From an uncultured Acidimicrobiales bacterium (lineage in GTDB: Bacteria > Actinomycetota > Acidimicrobiia > Acidimicrobiales > VFJN01), in NCBI GenBank assembly GCA_963735375.1, contig CAVTKS010000007.1:333585-397584 (forward strand): a DNA stretch of 64,000 nt, read 5' to 3'. The position numbers and the translations under genes were made by a program. Below the pieces are notes generated by a model. The model did not search any database and had not been told where the DNA came from. It saw nothing but the letters and a program-made list of their open reading frames with translations. Positions within the stretch are counted from its first letter, which is position 1, and every line of letters starts with the position of its first letter. This document shows, piece by piece, positions 57,027 through 64,000 of this stretch.

Positions 57027-57365
57027 TCAGGCGTTGCCGGGGGAGGTCGTCGAGATCTCGTATGACCACAGCTCGCTCGACACCGACACCGGGCCACCCT
57101 GGGGGTGAGGCCGGTCGGTGCCCTGGTGGCCGTGGCCGAACGCGGGGCTGTTGACCCAGGCCTGGAACGCGGTCTCGTCGCGCCAGCGGGTGATCACGAG
57201 CCACGTCGTGCGGTCGTCGGTGGGCTTGAGCAGCTCGAAGCCCTCGAACCCCTCCTGGTTGTCGACCGCTCCGGCTCGAGCGGCGAAGCGCTTGCCGAGC
57301 TCGTCGCCCGACCCTTCGGGCACGGTGATGGCGTTGATCTTGATCACGGTCACGCGGCCCATCAT
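57027..57365 (-). CDS. ABM-domain monooxygenase (MhuD/IsdG-like)
   Basis: Protein reads VTVIKINAITVPEGSGDELGKRFAARAGAVDNQEGFEGFELLKP...WLVITRWRDETAFQAWVNSPAF. It is colinear with the mycobacterial heme degrader MhuD. Confidence 0.7.
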   Translation of the reverse strand: MMGRVTVIKINAITVPEGSGDELGKRFAARAGAVDNQEGFEGFELLKPTDDRTTWLVITRWRDETAFQAWVNSPAFGHGHQGTDRPHPQGGPVSVSSELWSYEISTTSPGNA

Positions 57366-57402
57366 GCCGCGCCCACCACCCCCCACGACCAATGCGGTGA
57401 CG

Positions 57403-58146
57403 TCACCCCTCCCGGCGGCGGCGACGACGTTCGAGCCACATCAGCGCCTCGCGGCGGCTCAGCCCGCTCAGCTCGCTCTCGTGGTCGGCCACGAACCCGA
57501 TCACCGCCGCCTCGTCGACCTTGCTGTACTCACGCAGCGCCCAGCCGATGGCCTTGCGGATGAAGAAGTCGCGGTGGTCGGCGCGGGCCAGGCAGGCAGC
57601 GAACAGCCAGTCGGCGTCGGTCGCATCCCGCCACCGGTTCATGTGCAGGAGTGCCGACCGGGTGAGCCACAGGTCGTCGCCCGCCAGCCAGGCGTCCATG
57701 CGGACCCGCAGCTTCGGGTGGACACGCACGAGGTCGCCCACCGCTCGGATGGCGAGCGCGTCGACCGTGTCCCACCAGGGCTTCGTGGTCAGCAGGTGCT
57801 CGACCGTGTCGACGAAGCCGACGGAGGCGTCGGGGGCACGGGCGGGCGTGCCCGCGTGCCGGTTGACGAGCCGGCAGGCGAGGTACTGGTGCTCGCGTTC
57901 ACGCCGCGCCCACAGCGCCTCCGCCGCCTCGACGACCGCCGGCTCGGGAAGGCGCCGGGGCAGGTCGGCCGTCGCGGCCCTCCAGGCGTCAGCCTGCGCC
58001 GGGGCCATGACGCCGAGGAACGGGAACAGGTCGCGCATGTAGCGGGCCATCGGCGCCGAACGGGTGGGCTCGGCGCGCTCGGCCAGGGCAGCGGCGAGCC
58101 GATCGGCCAGCTCGGCGCCACCGACAGGGGGCGCCGAGCCGGTCAC
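57403..58146 (-). CDS. DNA alkylation repair protein (AlkD/AlkC-like HEAT repeats)
   Basis: Protein reads MARYMRDLFPFLGV...WWDTVDALA...FFIRKAIGWALREYSK. The GTG at 58146 forms a GTGA overlap with the upstream stop. Confidence 0.75.
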   Translation of the reverse strand: MTGSAPPVGGAELADRLAAALAERAEPTRSAPMARYMRDLFPFLGVMAPAQADAWRAATADLPRRLPEPAVVEAAEALWARREREHQYLACRLVNRHAGTPARAPDASVGFVDTVEHLLTTKPWWDTVDALAIRAVGDLVRVHPKLRVRMDAWLAGDDLWLTRSALLHMNRWRDATDADWLFAACLARADHRDFFIRKAIGWALREYSKVDEAAVIGFVADHESELSGLSRREALMWLERRRRRREG

Positions 58147-58955
58147 CTGTCCGCGGCGTCGAGCCCGGCGAAGATGTCCTCGTCTCGGTGATCGGACGGG
58201 GCGCCCCGTCGGATGAAGAACTCGGTGCCCATGGTCTCGCGGAACACGTCGAGCGGCATCGCCAGGAACGGCCCGAGATCGCCGACCTGCGTCTCGTGGG
58301 CGCGCATGGCGGCGAGCTTGCGGTCGGCCCACGGGCGCACGTCGACCCTGGTCGTGATGACCTCGTCGGGCATGCCGAACACCAGGTCGGGGTCGTCCAG
58401 GTCGGGCACGTCGTCCCACGTCGCCTCACCGCTGGCCACCATGATCTCGATGAACGTGCGGATGCTGTCCCGGTTGACCGTGGCCTCGAGCACCTGTGGC
58501 GTGCGGGCCAGCTCGGCCGCCCGGACGCCGACCCGGTGTACCTGCACGTGGTCGGGATGTCCGTAGTTGCCGTTCTCGTCGTAGGCGAGCAGCACGTCGG
58601 CCCGCTCGTCCCGCAGGATCGCGGCGAGCCGCCCGGCCGCCTCGTCGACGTCGGCCTGCCAGAACGAGGTGGGGTCGTCGTTGTCGGCCGTGCCCTGCAT
58701 GCCCGAGTCGCGGTAGCCCAGGAACTCGACCCGGTGGACGCCGAGCGCCCGGGTCGAGCGCATCACCTCGTCGTGGCGACGGTCGACCAGCGCCTCGCCC
58801 GGCGCCAGCAACCCGTCGGGCACCTCGCCCACCTCGCCCCGGGTGGCGTAGACGACCACGACACGGTGGCCGTCGTCGACCGCCTTCGCGATCGTGCCGC
58901 CGGTGGTGAGGCACTCGTCGTCGGGGTGGGCGTGGAACGCAACCAGGGTGGCCAT
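58143..58955 (-). CDS. PIG-L/LmbE family deacetylase
   Basis: Protein reads MATLVAFHAHPDDECLTTGGTIAKAV...NGNYGHPDHVQVHRV. An AGGA sequence is upstream. Confidence 0.82.
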   Translation of the reverse strand: MATLVAFHAHPDDECLTTGGTIAKAVDDGHRVVVVYATRGEVGEVPDGLLAPGEALVDRRHDEVMRSTRALGVHRVEFLGYRDSGMQGTADNDDPTSFWQADVDEAAGRLAAILRDERADVLLAYDENGNYGHPDHVQVHRVGVRAAELARTPQVLEATVNRDSIRTFIEIMVASGEATWDDVPDLDDPDLVFGMPDEVITTRVDVRPWADRKLAAMRAHETQVGDLGPFLAMPLDVFRETMGTEFFIRRGAPSDHRDEDIFAGLDAADR

Positions 58956-59048
58956 CGCCGTCGTCCTAGCACGCGCGCCGGTCAGCAGCCGACCGGTTTG
59001 GCGCGGCCGCACCACGCGCTCGGGCCGGGACCGAGCCCTGTGGTGCTC

Positions 59049-59067
59049 CCGTTGGTGTCACCAACGG
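59049..59067. promoter_or_regulatory. Perfect palindrome CCGTTGGTG-T-CACCAACGG abutting the marR start; candidate MarR operator
   Basis: Read directly. The same GTTGG/CCAAC half-sites recur downstream of marR. Confidence 0.5.
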
Positions 59068-59538
59068 ATGGTTAACCTCACGGCCGTGGAGATCGAGACC
59101 GCACCCGCCCGCCTGCGCTCCCTTCCTTCGTGGTTGCTCAACCAGGCCGCCCTGCAGGGGCAACGCATCGGGGCCGAGGCCCTCGCCGCTGTCGGGGCCC
59201 ACCGCACGCACTACGCGGTCCTCGCGGCGCTCGACGAGTTCGGACCGGCAAGCCAGGCGGCGCTCGGCCGGCGTGGCGGCATCGATCCCAGCGACATGGT
59301 GGCCCTGATGGCCGTGCTGACGGGCGACGGGCTGGTGCAGCGCCGGCCCGACCCCGCCGATCGGCGACGCAACCTCGTGTCGATCACGGCTGCTGGGCGA
59401 CGGCGGCTCGACGAGCTGGGCGCGACCGTCGCCACCTCCCAGGACGCGCTGCTCGAGCCGCTGTCCGACGCCGACCGCGCCCGGCTGGCGGCGCTGCTGA
59501 CGCGCGTCGTCGAGCACGCCCGCGATCCCGATCGTTGA
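59068..59538 (+). CDS. MarR family transcriptional regulator
   Basis: Protein reads HYAVLAALDEFGPASQAALGRRGGIDPSDMVALMAVLTGDGLVQRRPDPADRRRNLVSITAAGRRRLDEL. An alternative GTG at 59086 is possible. Confidence 0.85.
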   Translation: MVNLTAVEIETAPARLRSLPSWLLNQAALQGQRIGAEALAAVGAHRTHYAVLAALDEFGPASQAALGRRGGIDPSDMVALMAVLTGDGLVQRRPDPADRRRNLVSITAAGRRRLDELGATVATSQDALLEPLSDADRARLAALLTRVVEHARDPDR

Positions 59539-59582
59539 CATCACCAACGATCAGGCTTACGTTGGTCATACCAACATTGGTA
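59535..59582 (+). promoter_or_regulatory. Candidate promoter (TTGACA-17-TACGTT) overlapped by ACCAACG-N9-CGTTGGT and TACCAA-CA-TTGGTA palindromes
   Basis: TTGACA at 59535-59540, TACGTT at 59558-59563, inverted repeats at 59544-59566 and 59569-59582. It lies upstream of the dehalogenase-like gene. Confidence 0.45.
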
Positions 59583-59605
59583 GCCCCAACGAAAGAGGGA
59601 TCGTG

Positions 59606-60499
59606 ATGCCCGTGACCGACGTCCTCGGCTCGACCATGCACCACGAGGAGGTCGGCACCGGCGTGCCCGTCGTCTTCCTCCATGGCAACCCGACGTCCTC
59701 CTACGCCTGGAGGAACGTCCTTCCCCACGTCGGTGCCGGGGTCCGCGCCCTGGCTCCCGACCTCATCGGCATGGGCCGGTCGGGCAAGCCCGACATCGGC
59801 TACCGGTTCGTCGACCACGCACGCTTCCTCGACGCGTGGTTCGACGCCCAGGGGCTCGACCAGGTCGTCCTCGTCGGCCACGACTGGGGCGGCGCCCTCG
59901 CCTTCGACTGGGCCGCACGTCACCGCGACCGCGTGCTCGGCATCGCCGTCATGGAGACCATCATCCGCCCCCTGTCCTGGACCGACTTCCCCGGCGCGGC
60001 CCGGCCCCGGTACGAGGCGCTGCGCGGGCCTGCGGGCGACGTGAAGGTGCTCGAGGAGAACTTCTTCATCGACCAGGCCCTGCGCGCCACGGTCCGGTCG
60101 GGGCTCAGCGACGACGACCTGGCCGCCTACGCCGAGCCGTACCCGACCCCCGCCAGTCGCCGCCCTCTGCTGGCGTGGCCACGCGAGATGCCGATAGAAG
60201 GCGAGCCCGCCGACGTCGTCGCCCGCATCGAGGCCTACGACGGCTGGCTGGCCGCAAGCCCGGAGGTCCCGAAGCTGCTGCTGACCTTCGACGGCTCACC
60301 CGACACCCTGATGATCGGCCCGGACATGGTCGAGTGGTGCACGCACCACATCGCCGGGCTCGAGCTCGCCGCCTGCGGGCCCGCGGCGCACGTCGTCCAG
60401 GAGGACCAGCCCGCAGCGATCACGGACGCCGTCGCCACCTGGCTCGACCGCCACGGCCTGCGAGCCGGGGTCGCAGAGCGGACGGCACCCGCGCTCTGA
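59606..60499 (+). CDS. Haloalkane dehalogenase-family alpha/beta hydrolase
   Basis: Protein reads VVFLHGNPTSSYAWRNVLPHV...LVGHDWGGALAFDWA... An AGAGGGA Shine-Dalgarno sequence is present. GTG 59603 is an alternative start. Confidence 0.85.
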   Translation: MPVTDVLGSTMHHEEVGTGVPVVFLHGNPTSSYAWRNVLPHVGAGVRALAPDLIGMGRSGKPDIGYRFVDHARFLDAWFDAQGLDQVVLVGHDWGGALAFDWAARHRDRVLGIAVMETIIRPLSWTDFPGAARPRYEALRGPAGDVKVLEENFFIDQALRATVRSGLSDDDLAAYAEPYPTPASRRPLLAWPREMPIEGEPADVVARIEAYDGWLAASPEVPKLLLTFDGSPDTLMIGPDMVEWCTHHIAGLELAACGPAAHVVQEDQPAAITDAVATWLDRHGLRAGVAERTAPAL

Positions 60500-60586
60500 C
60501 GCGCGCGACGAGCCGCCGCTGTCGGCGACACCGCGCATCCACGGTCGTTGTCCGCCGACACCTCGCCTGCGACCAGCGACGAACGG

Positions 60587-61729
60587 TCAGGCGATGGCGC
60601 CGGCCTCGCGCAGCTTGGCGACCCGGTCGGCATCGAACCCGGACCCGGTGAGCACCTCGTCGGTGTGCTGGCCCGGGTGGGCCGGCGGTCGGCTGATCTC
60701 CCCGGGCGTGCGGCTGAATCGGGGTGCGGGCCCCGGCTGGGTGATGCCCGCCACCTCGACGAACGTGCCCCGCTCGACGTTGTGCGGGTGCTCGATCGCC
60801 TCGGGGATGGCGAGCACCGGAGCGAAGCACACGTCGGTGCCCTCCATCAACTCGCACCACTCGTCGCGGGTCTTGGTGCGGAAGATGGCGGCGAAGCGCT
60901 CCTTGAGCGCGGGCCAGTGCGTCCGGTCCTGCTGCCAGGGCAGGTCCTCGCCCTCGAGGCCGGTCAGGCGCAGCAGCTCGGCGTAGAACTGCGGCTCGAT
61001 CGACCCGATCGACACGTACTTGCCGTCGGCGCACTCGTAGACGTCGTAGAAGTGGGCCCCGGTGTCGAGCATGTTGGTGCCGCGCTCGTCGTTCCAGATG
61101 CCCATGGCCCGGAACGAGTGCGTCATCGTCATGAGCGACGCGGCGCCGTCGACCATGGCGGCGTCGATGACCTGGCCGGTGCCCGACCGCTGTGCCTCGA
61201 GCAGCGCGGACACGACGCCGAACGCCAGCAGCAGGCCCCCGCCGCCGAAGTCACCCACCAGGTTGAGGGGCGGCACCGGTGCCTGATCCTTCCGGCCGAT
61301 CGGCTCGAGGGCCCCGGCGAGGGAGATGTAGTTGATGTCGTGTCCCGCGGTCGACGCATACGGCCCGTCCTGGCCCCATCCGGTCATGCGCCCGTAGACG
61401 AGCTTGGGGTTGCGGGCCAGGCAGTCGTCCGGGCCGATGCCCAGCCGCTCGGTGACGCCGGGACGGAACCCCTCGATCAGCGCATCGGCCTGCTCGACCA
61501 GGCTGAGCACGACCTCGACGCCGTCAGGGTTCTTGAGGTCGACGCCCACCGACCGGCGGCCGCGGGCGAGCAGGTCGGCCGGCGGTCGCTCCGGGTCGCC
61601 CCCCTGCACGGCCTGGGCGCGGTCGATGCGGATGACGTCGGCCCCCAGGTCGGCGAGCATCATGCCGCAGAAGGGGCCGGGCCCGATGCCCGCGATCTCG
61701 ATGACCGTGATTCCGGCGAGGGGTCCCAT
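60587..61729 (-). CDS. Family III CoA-transferase (CaiB/BaiF, alpha-methylacyl-CoA racemase-like)
   Basis: Protein reads MGPLAGITVIEIAGIGPGPFCGMMLADLGADVIRIDR...GHDINYISLAG. An AGGAG sequence lies upstream of ATG 61729. Confidence 0.85.
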   Translation of the reverse strand: MGPLAGITVIEIAGIGPGPFCGMMLADLGADVIRIDRAQAVQGGDPERPPADLLARGRRSVGVDLKNPDGVEVVLSLVEQADALIEGFRPGVTERLGIGPDDCLARNPKLVYGRMTGWGQDGPYASTAGHDINYISLAGALEPIGRKDQAPVPPLNLVGDFGGGGLLLAFGVVSALLEAQRSGTGQVIDAAMVDGAASLMTMTHSFRAMGIWNDERGTNMLDTGAHFYDVYECADGKYVSIGSIEPQFYAELLRLTGLEGEDLPWQQDRTHWPALKERFAAIFRTKTRDEWCELMEGTDVCFAPVLAIPEAIEHPHNVERGTFVEVAGITQPGPAPRFSRTPGEISRPPAHPGQHTDEVLTGSGFDADRVAKLREAGAIA

Positions 61730-61752
61730 GGCGCTCCTGTGGTGTGCGGGGG

Positions 61753-62637
61753 TCAGGCGTGAGCCGAGGCGAGGCCGACGAACGCCTCGATCACCTGCGG
61801 CCACAGCGGCCGGGCCAGATCATGGCCCATGCCGTCGATGACGAGCAGCTTGGCGTCGGGGACGACCTCGGCCGTGCGCTCGCCGCCCGACGGCTGCACC
61901 AGCGTGTCTGCCGTGCCGTGGATCACGAGGGTCGGGATGGCGATCTCGGCCAACCCGGCGGACCGGCTGCCGGACGCGACGATGGCCGCGAGGTGCCGGG
62001 CGGTGCCGGCCGGGTTGTAGCCCCGGTCCCACGCCTCGCCGGCGGTGCGACGCAGGCGGTCCCCGTCGTACAGCCCGGGGCTGCCCCACACACCCGCATG
62101 GTGGACGGCGGCGTCCTGCAGCTGCTCGCGGGTCTGTGGCGGCGGTGACATCAGGGCGGCCATGGCCTCGCCGGTGGGCGCACCGACGTCGGAGTCGCCC
62201 GTCGTCGACATGATCGAGGTCATCGTGACGACCCGGTCGGGATGCTCGAGGGCGATGGTCTGGACGATCATGCCGCCCATCGAGACGCCGAGGATGTGCG
62301 CCCGATCGATGCCGAGGTGGTCGAGCAGGCCGACAGCGTCGGCGGCCATGTCGGTCAGCAGGTAGGGCACGGCCGGAGTCTCGCCGGCACCGACAGCCTG
62401 CAACACGGCGAAGATGTCGACTGTCTCGTCGATCCGGGAGGACTCGCCCATGTCGCGGTTGTCGAACCGCACCACGTGGAAGCCCCGGTCGACCAGGCCC
62501 TGACAGAACTCGGCGTCCCAGTGGATCATCTGGCTGCCGAGGCCCATCACCAGCAGCACCGTCGGGTCGGCGGAGTCGCCGAACGTCTCGAAGCAGATCT
62601 CGATCCCGTTGACCTGGGCAGTCGGCATGCCGGCCAT
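61753..62637 (-). CDS. Alpha/beta hydrolase
   Basis: Protein reads VLLVMGLGSQMIHWDAEFC...ILGVSMGGMIVQ...GMGHDL. The start is uncertain (62637 or 62628). Confidence 0.8.
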   Translation of the reverse strand: MAGMPTAQVNGIEICFETFGDSADPTVLLVMGLGSQMIHWDAEFCQGLVDRGFHVVRFDNRDMGESSRIDETVDIFAVLQAVGAGETPAVPYLLTDMAADAVGLLDHLGIDRAHILGVSMGGMIVQTIALEHPDRVVTMTSIMSTTGDSDVGAPTGEAMAALMSPPPQTREQLQDAAVHHAGVWGSPGLYDGDRLRRTAGEAWDRGYNPAGTARHLAAIVASGSRSAGLAEIAIPTLVIHGTADTLVQPSGGERTAEVVPDAKLLVIDGMGHDLARPLWPQVIEAFVGLASAHA

Positions 62638-62807
62638 CGTGTTCGGTCTTGACCGCTCGGTCAAGTCCTCGCCCAACCCCTGCCACGAGCATGCGCGCAC
62701 AGGTCCGGCATCACGGCGAACGGGCGCTGTGCTTCCCGTCTTGCAGCTTCGCTGCGTGCCGCTCGGGCCACGGCCTCGCCTAACGGCTCAGCCTCCGAGC
62801 CCGTAGC

Positions 62808-63716
62808 GTGCGGGGCGTGACGACGTTCGGTGTCCACACCGGGGTGCAGAACACCACTGTGTCCGAGCTGCGCGACATGTGGGTCGGCGCCGAGGAGCTG
62901 GGGTTCGACGCGATCGCGGTCTGGGACCACCTGTACTCGTCCGATCTCGCCACCTACGAGTGCCACGAGGCGGTGTCGATGCACGCCGCGCTGGCGTGCG
63001 CCACGTCCACCGTCCGCTGCGGCTGCCTCGTCTACTGCGCCGGTTACCGGCACCCCGGGATCCTGGCCAAGGCAGCGACGACGATCGACCACCTGTCGGG
63101 CGGGCGAGCCGAGATCGGGCTGGGCGCCGGCTGGGCGCAGGCCGAGTACGACGCGTTCGGGTTCCCGTTCGGGTCGTTGCGCGAGCGGCTGGACCTGCTG
63201 GACGAGACGGCGGCTGCGGTGCGCAGCCTGCTGCGCGACGAGAGCACCACGCTGGCCGGCGCCCACATCCAGATGGCCGAGGCCCGCAACGAACCGGCTC
63301 CCGTCCAGGCGGAGCTGCCGATCTGGATCGGCGGCGCGGGCGAGCGCCGCACCGCCGGCGTCGTGGCCCGGCACGGCGACGGCTGGAACGTGCCCTTCGT
63401 GGCGCCCGACGCGCTCGCGGCCAAGCGCGCGGCCCTGGCCGCACGGTGTGCGGAGGTCGGGCGCGACCCGGCCGAGATCCGCGTCGGCGTCAACGTCATC
63501 GTGTGCGACGACGACGCCTCCTTGCGCGCCCAGTTCGGCCCGCGGGCCGACGCCGTGCGCGCCGGCGCGATCGTGGGCACCAGCGTCGAGCAGACCGCCG
63601 CCGCGCTGAACCGCTACGTTGCCGCCGGCGCCGACACCGTGAACGTCGCGCTGCGCGCCCCCTGGAACGCCGGTGCGCTGGAGCGGGCGGCCGCCGCGGT
63701 CGCCGCGCTCCGTTGA
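62808..63716 (+). CDS. LLM-class (luciferase-like) F420-dependent oxidoreductase
   Basis: Protein reads TTFGVHTGVQNTTVSELRDMWVGAEELGFDAIAVWDHL...LSGGRAEIGLGAGW. An alternative GTG at 62817 lies 7 nt after a TAGCGT -10-like box. Confidence 0.82.
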   Translation: MRGVTTFGVHTGVQNTTVSELRDMWVGAEELGFDAIAVWDHLYSSDLATYECHEAVSMHAALACATSTVRCGCLVYCAGYRHPGILAKAATTIDHLSGGRAEIGLGAGWAQAEYDAFGFPFGSLRERLDLLDETAAAVRSLLRDESTTLAGAHIQMAEARNEPAPVQAELPIWIGGAGERRTAGVVARHGDGWNVPFVAPDALAAKRAALAARCAEVGRDPAEIRVGVNVIVCDDDASLRAQFGPRADAVRAGAIVGTSVEQTAAALNRYVAAGADTVNVALRAPWNAGALERAAAAVAALR

Positions 63717-63749
63717 CCGACAGCCGAGAGCCTGAACCCGCCTGATCCC

Positions 63750-64000
63750 ATGTCCGACGTCCGCACCGACGAGCTGTCCGGAGCCACCGTGGTGGTGGTC
63801 GGCAGCCGGCAGCACCGTCCGAACCGGCCGGCGACGTCGTGCCCGTTCTGCGTCGGCGGCATCGAGGCGCCCGAGCCGTACGACGTCAGGGCGTTCACGA
63901 ACCGGTGGCCGTCCTTCCCCGACGACCGGTGCGAGGTGGTGCTGTACACGCCGGAGCACGACCTGACCTTCCCCGACCTCGGGGTCGACGGCGTCCGCCG
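63750..64000 (+). CDS. galT: Galactose-1-phosphate uridylyltransferase-family (HIT) protein, 5' fragment running off the window
   Basis: My own translation from ATG 63750 reads MSDVRTDELSGATVVVVGSRQHRPNRPATSCPFCVGGIEAPEPYDVRAFTNRWPSFPDDRCEVVLYTPEHD, the typical GalT N-terminus with CPFC. Confidence 0.7.
   Translation, partial: MSDVRTDELSGATVVVVGSRQHRPNRPATSCPFCVGGIEAPEPYDVRAFTNRWPSFPDDRCEVVLYTPEHDLTFPDLGVDGVR

Overview
This is a very GC-rich, actinobacterial-type chromosomal core segment. It is tightly packed with housekeeping genes in the order familiar from Mycobacterium and Streptomyces: nusA-rimP-proS; ispG-rseP-dxr-cdsA-frr-pyrH-tsf-rpsB; an M23 peptidase; a whiG-type sigma factor; xerC-dprA-yifB-yraN; rplS-trmD-rimM-KH-rpsP-ffh; ftsY-smc-mutM-rnc-acpP-plsX-rpmF-yceD; coaD-rsmD; recG-yloV; rpmB; pckG. 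Two more accessory stretches are present. The first (28-36.6 kb) holds a MoxR/DUF58/VWA operon, a two-gene conservon-like pair and a large multidomain secreted esterase. The second (55-64 kb) holds an MBL hydrolase, an ABM monooxygenase, an AlkD-like protein, a PIG-L deacetylase, a MarR regulator with a haloalkane-dehalogenase-like hydrolase, a CoA-transferase, an LLM oxidoreductase and galT. I saw no rRNA, tRNA or CRISPR. I do not see a convincing novel multi-gene system; most of the window is ordinary core genome. Four things deserve a second look. (1) recG is split inside its Walker-A motif by a 343-codon intein that carries a LAGLIDADG endonuclease and shows the class-3 (Ala1 / Trp-Cys-Thr) signature. 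(2) A family of CTAG-anchored GTGCCCC inverted-repeat termini is present. It includes a 168-nt hairpin element that looks MITE-like or like a structured RNA, and shorter copies that sit on the TAG stop codons of two genes. (3) At least seven single-nucleotide frame breaks lie in otherwise perfectly conserved, partly essential genes (nusA tail, rpsB tail, hlyIII, ftsY, DUF58, batA, smc) within the first 40 kb. These most likely reflect assembly indels. (4) There are several unusual gene architectures: an M23-lipase fusion, a CdsA with a long disordered N-terminus, rnc without a canonical start codon, and a CvnA+CvnC pair without CvnB/D.
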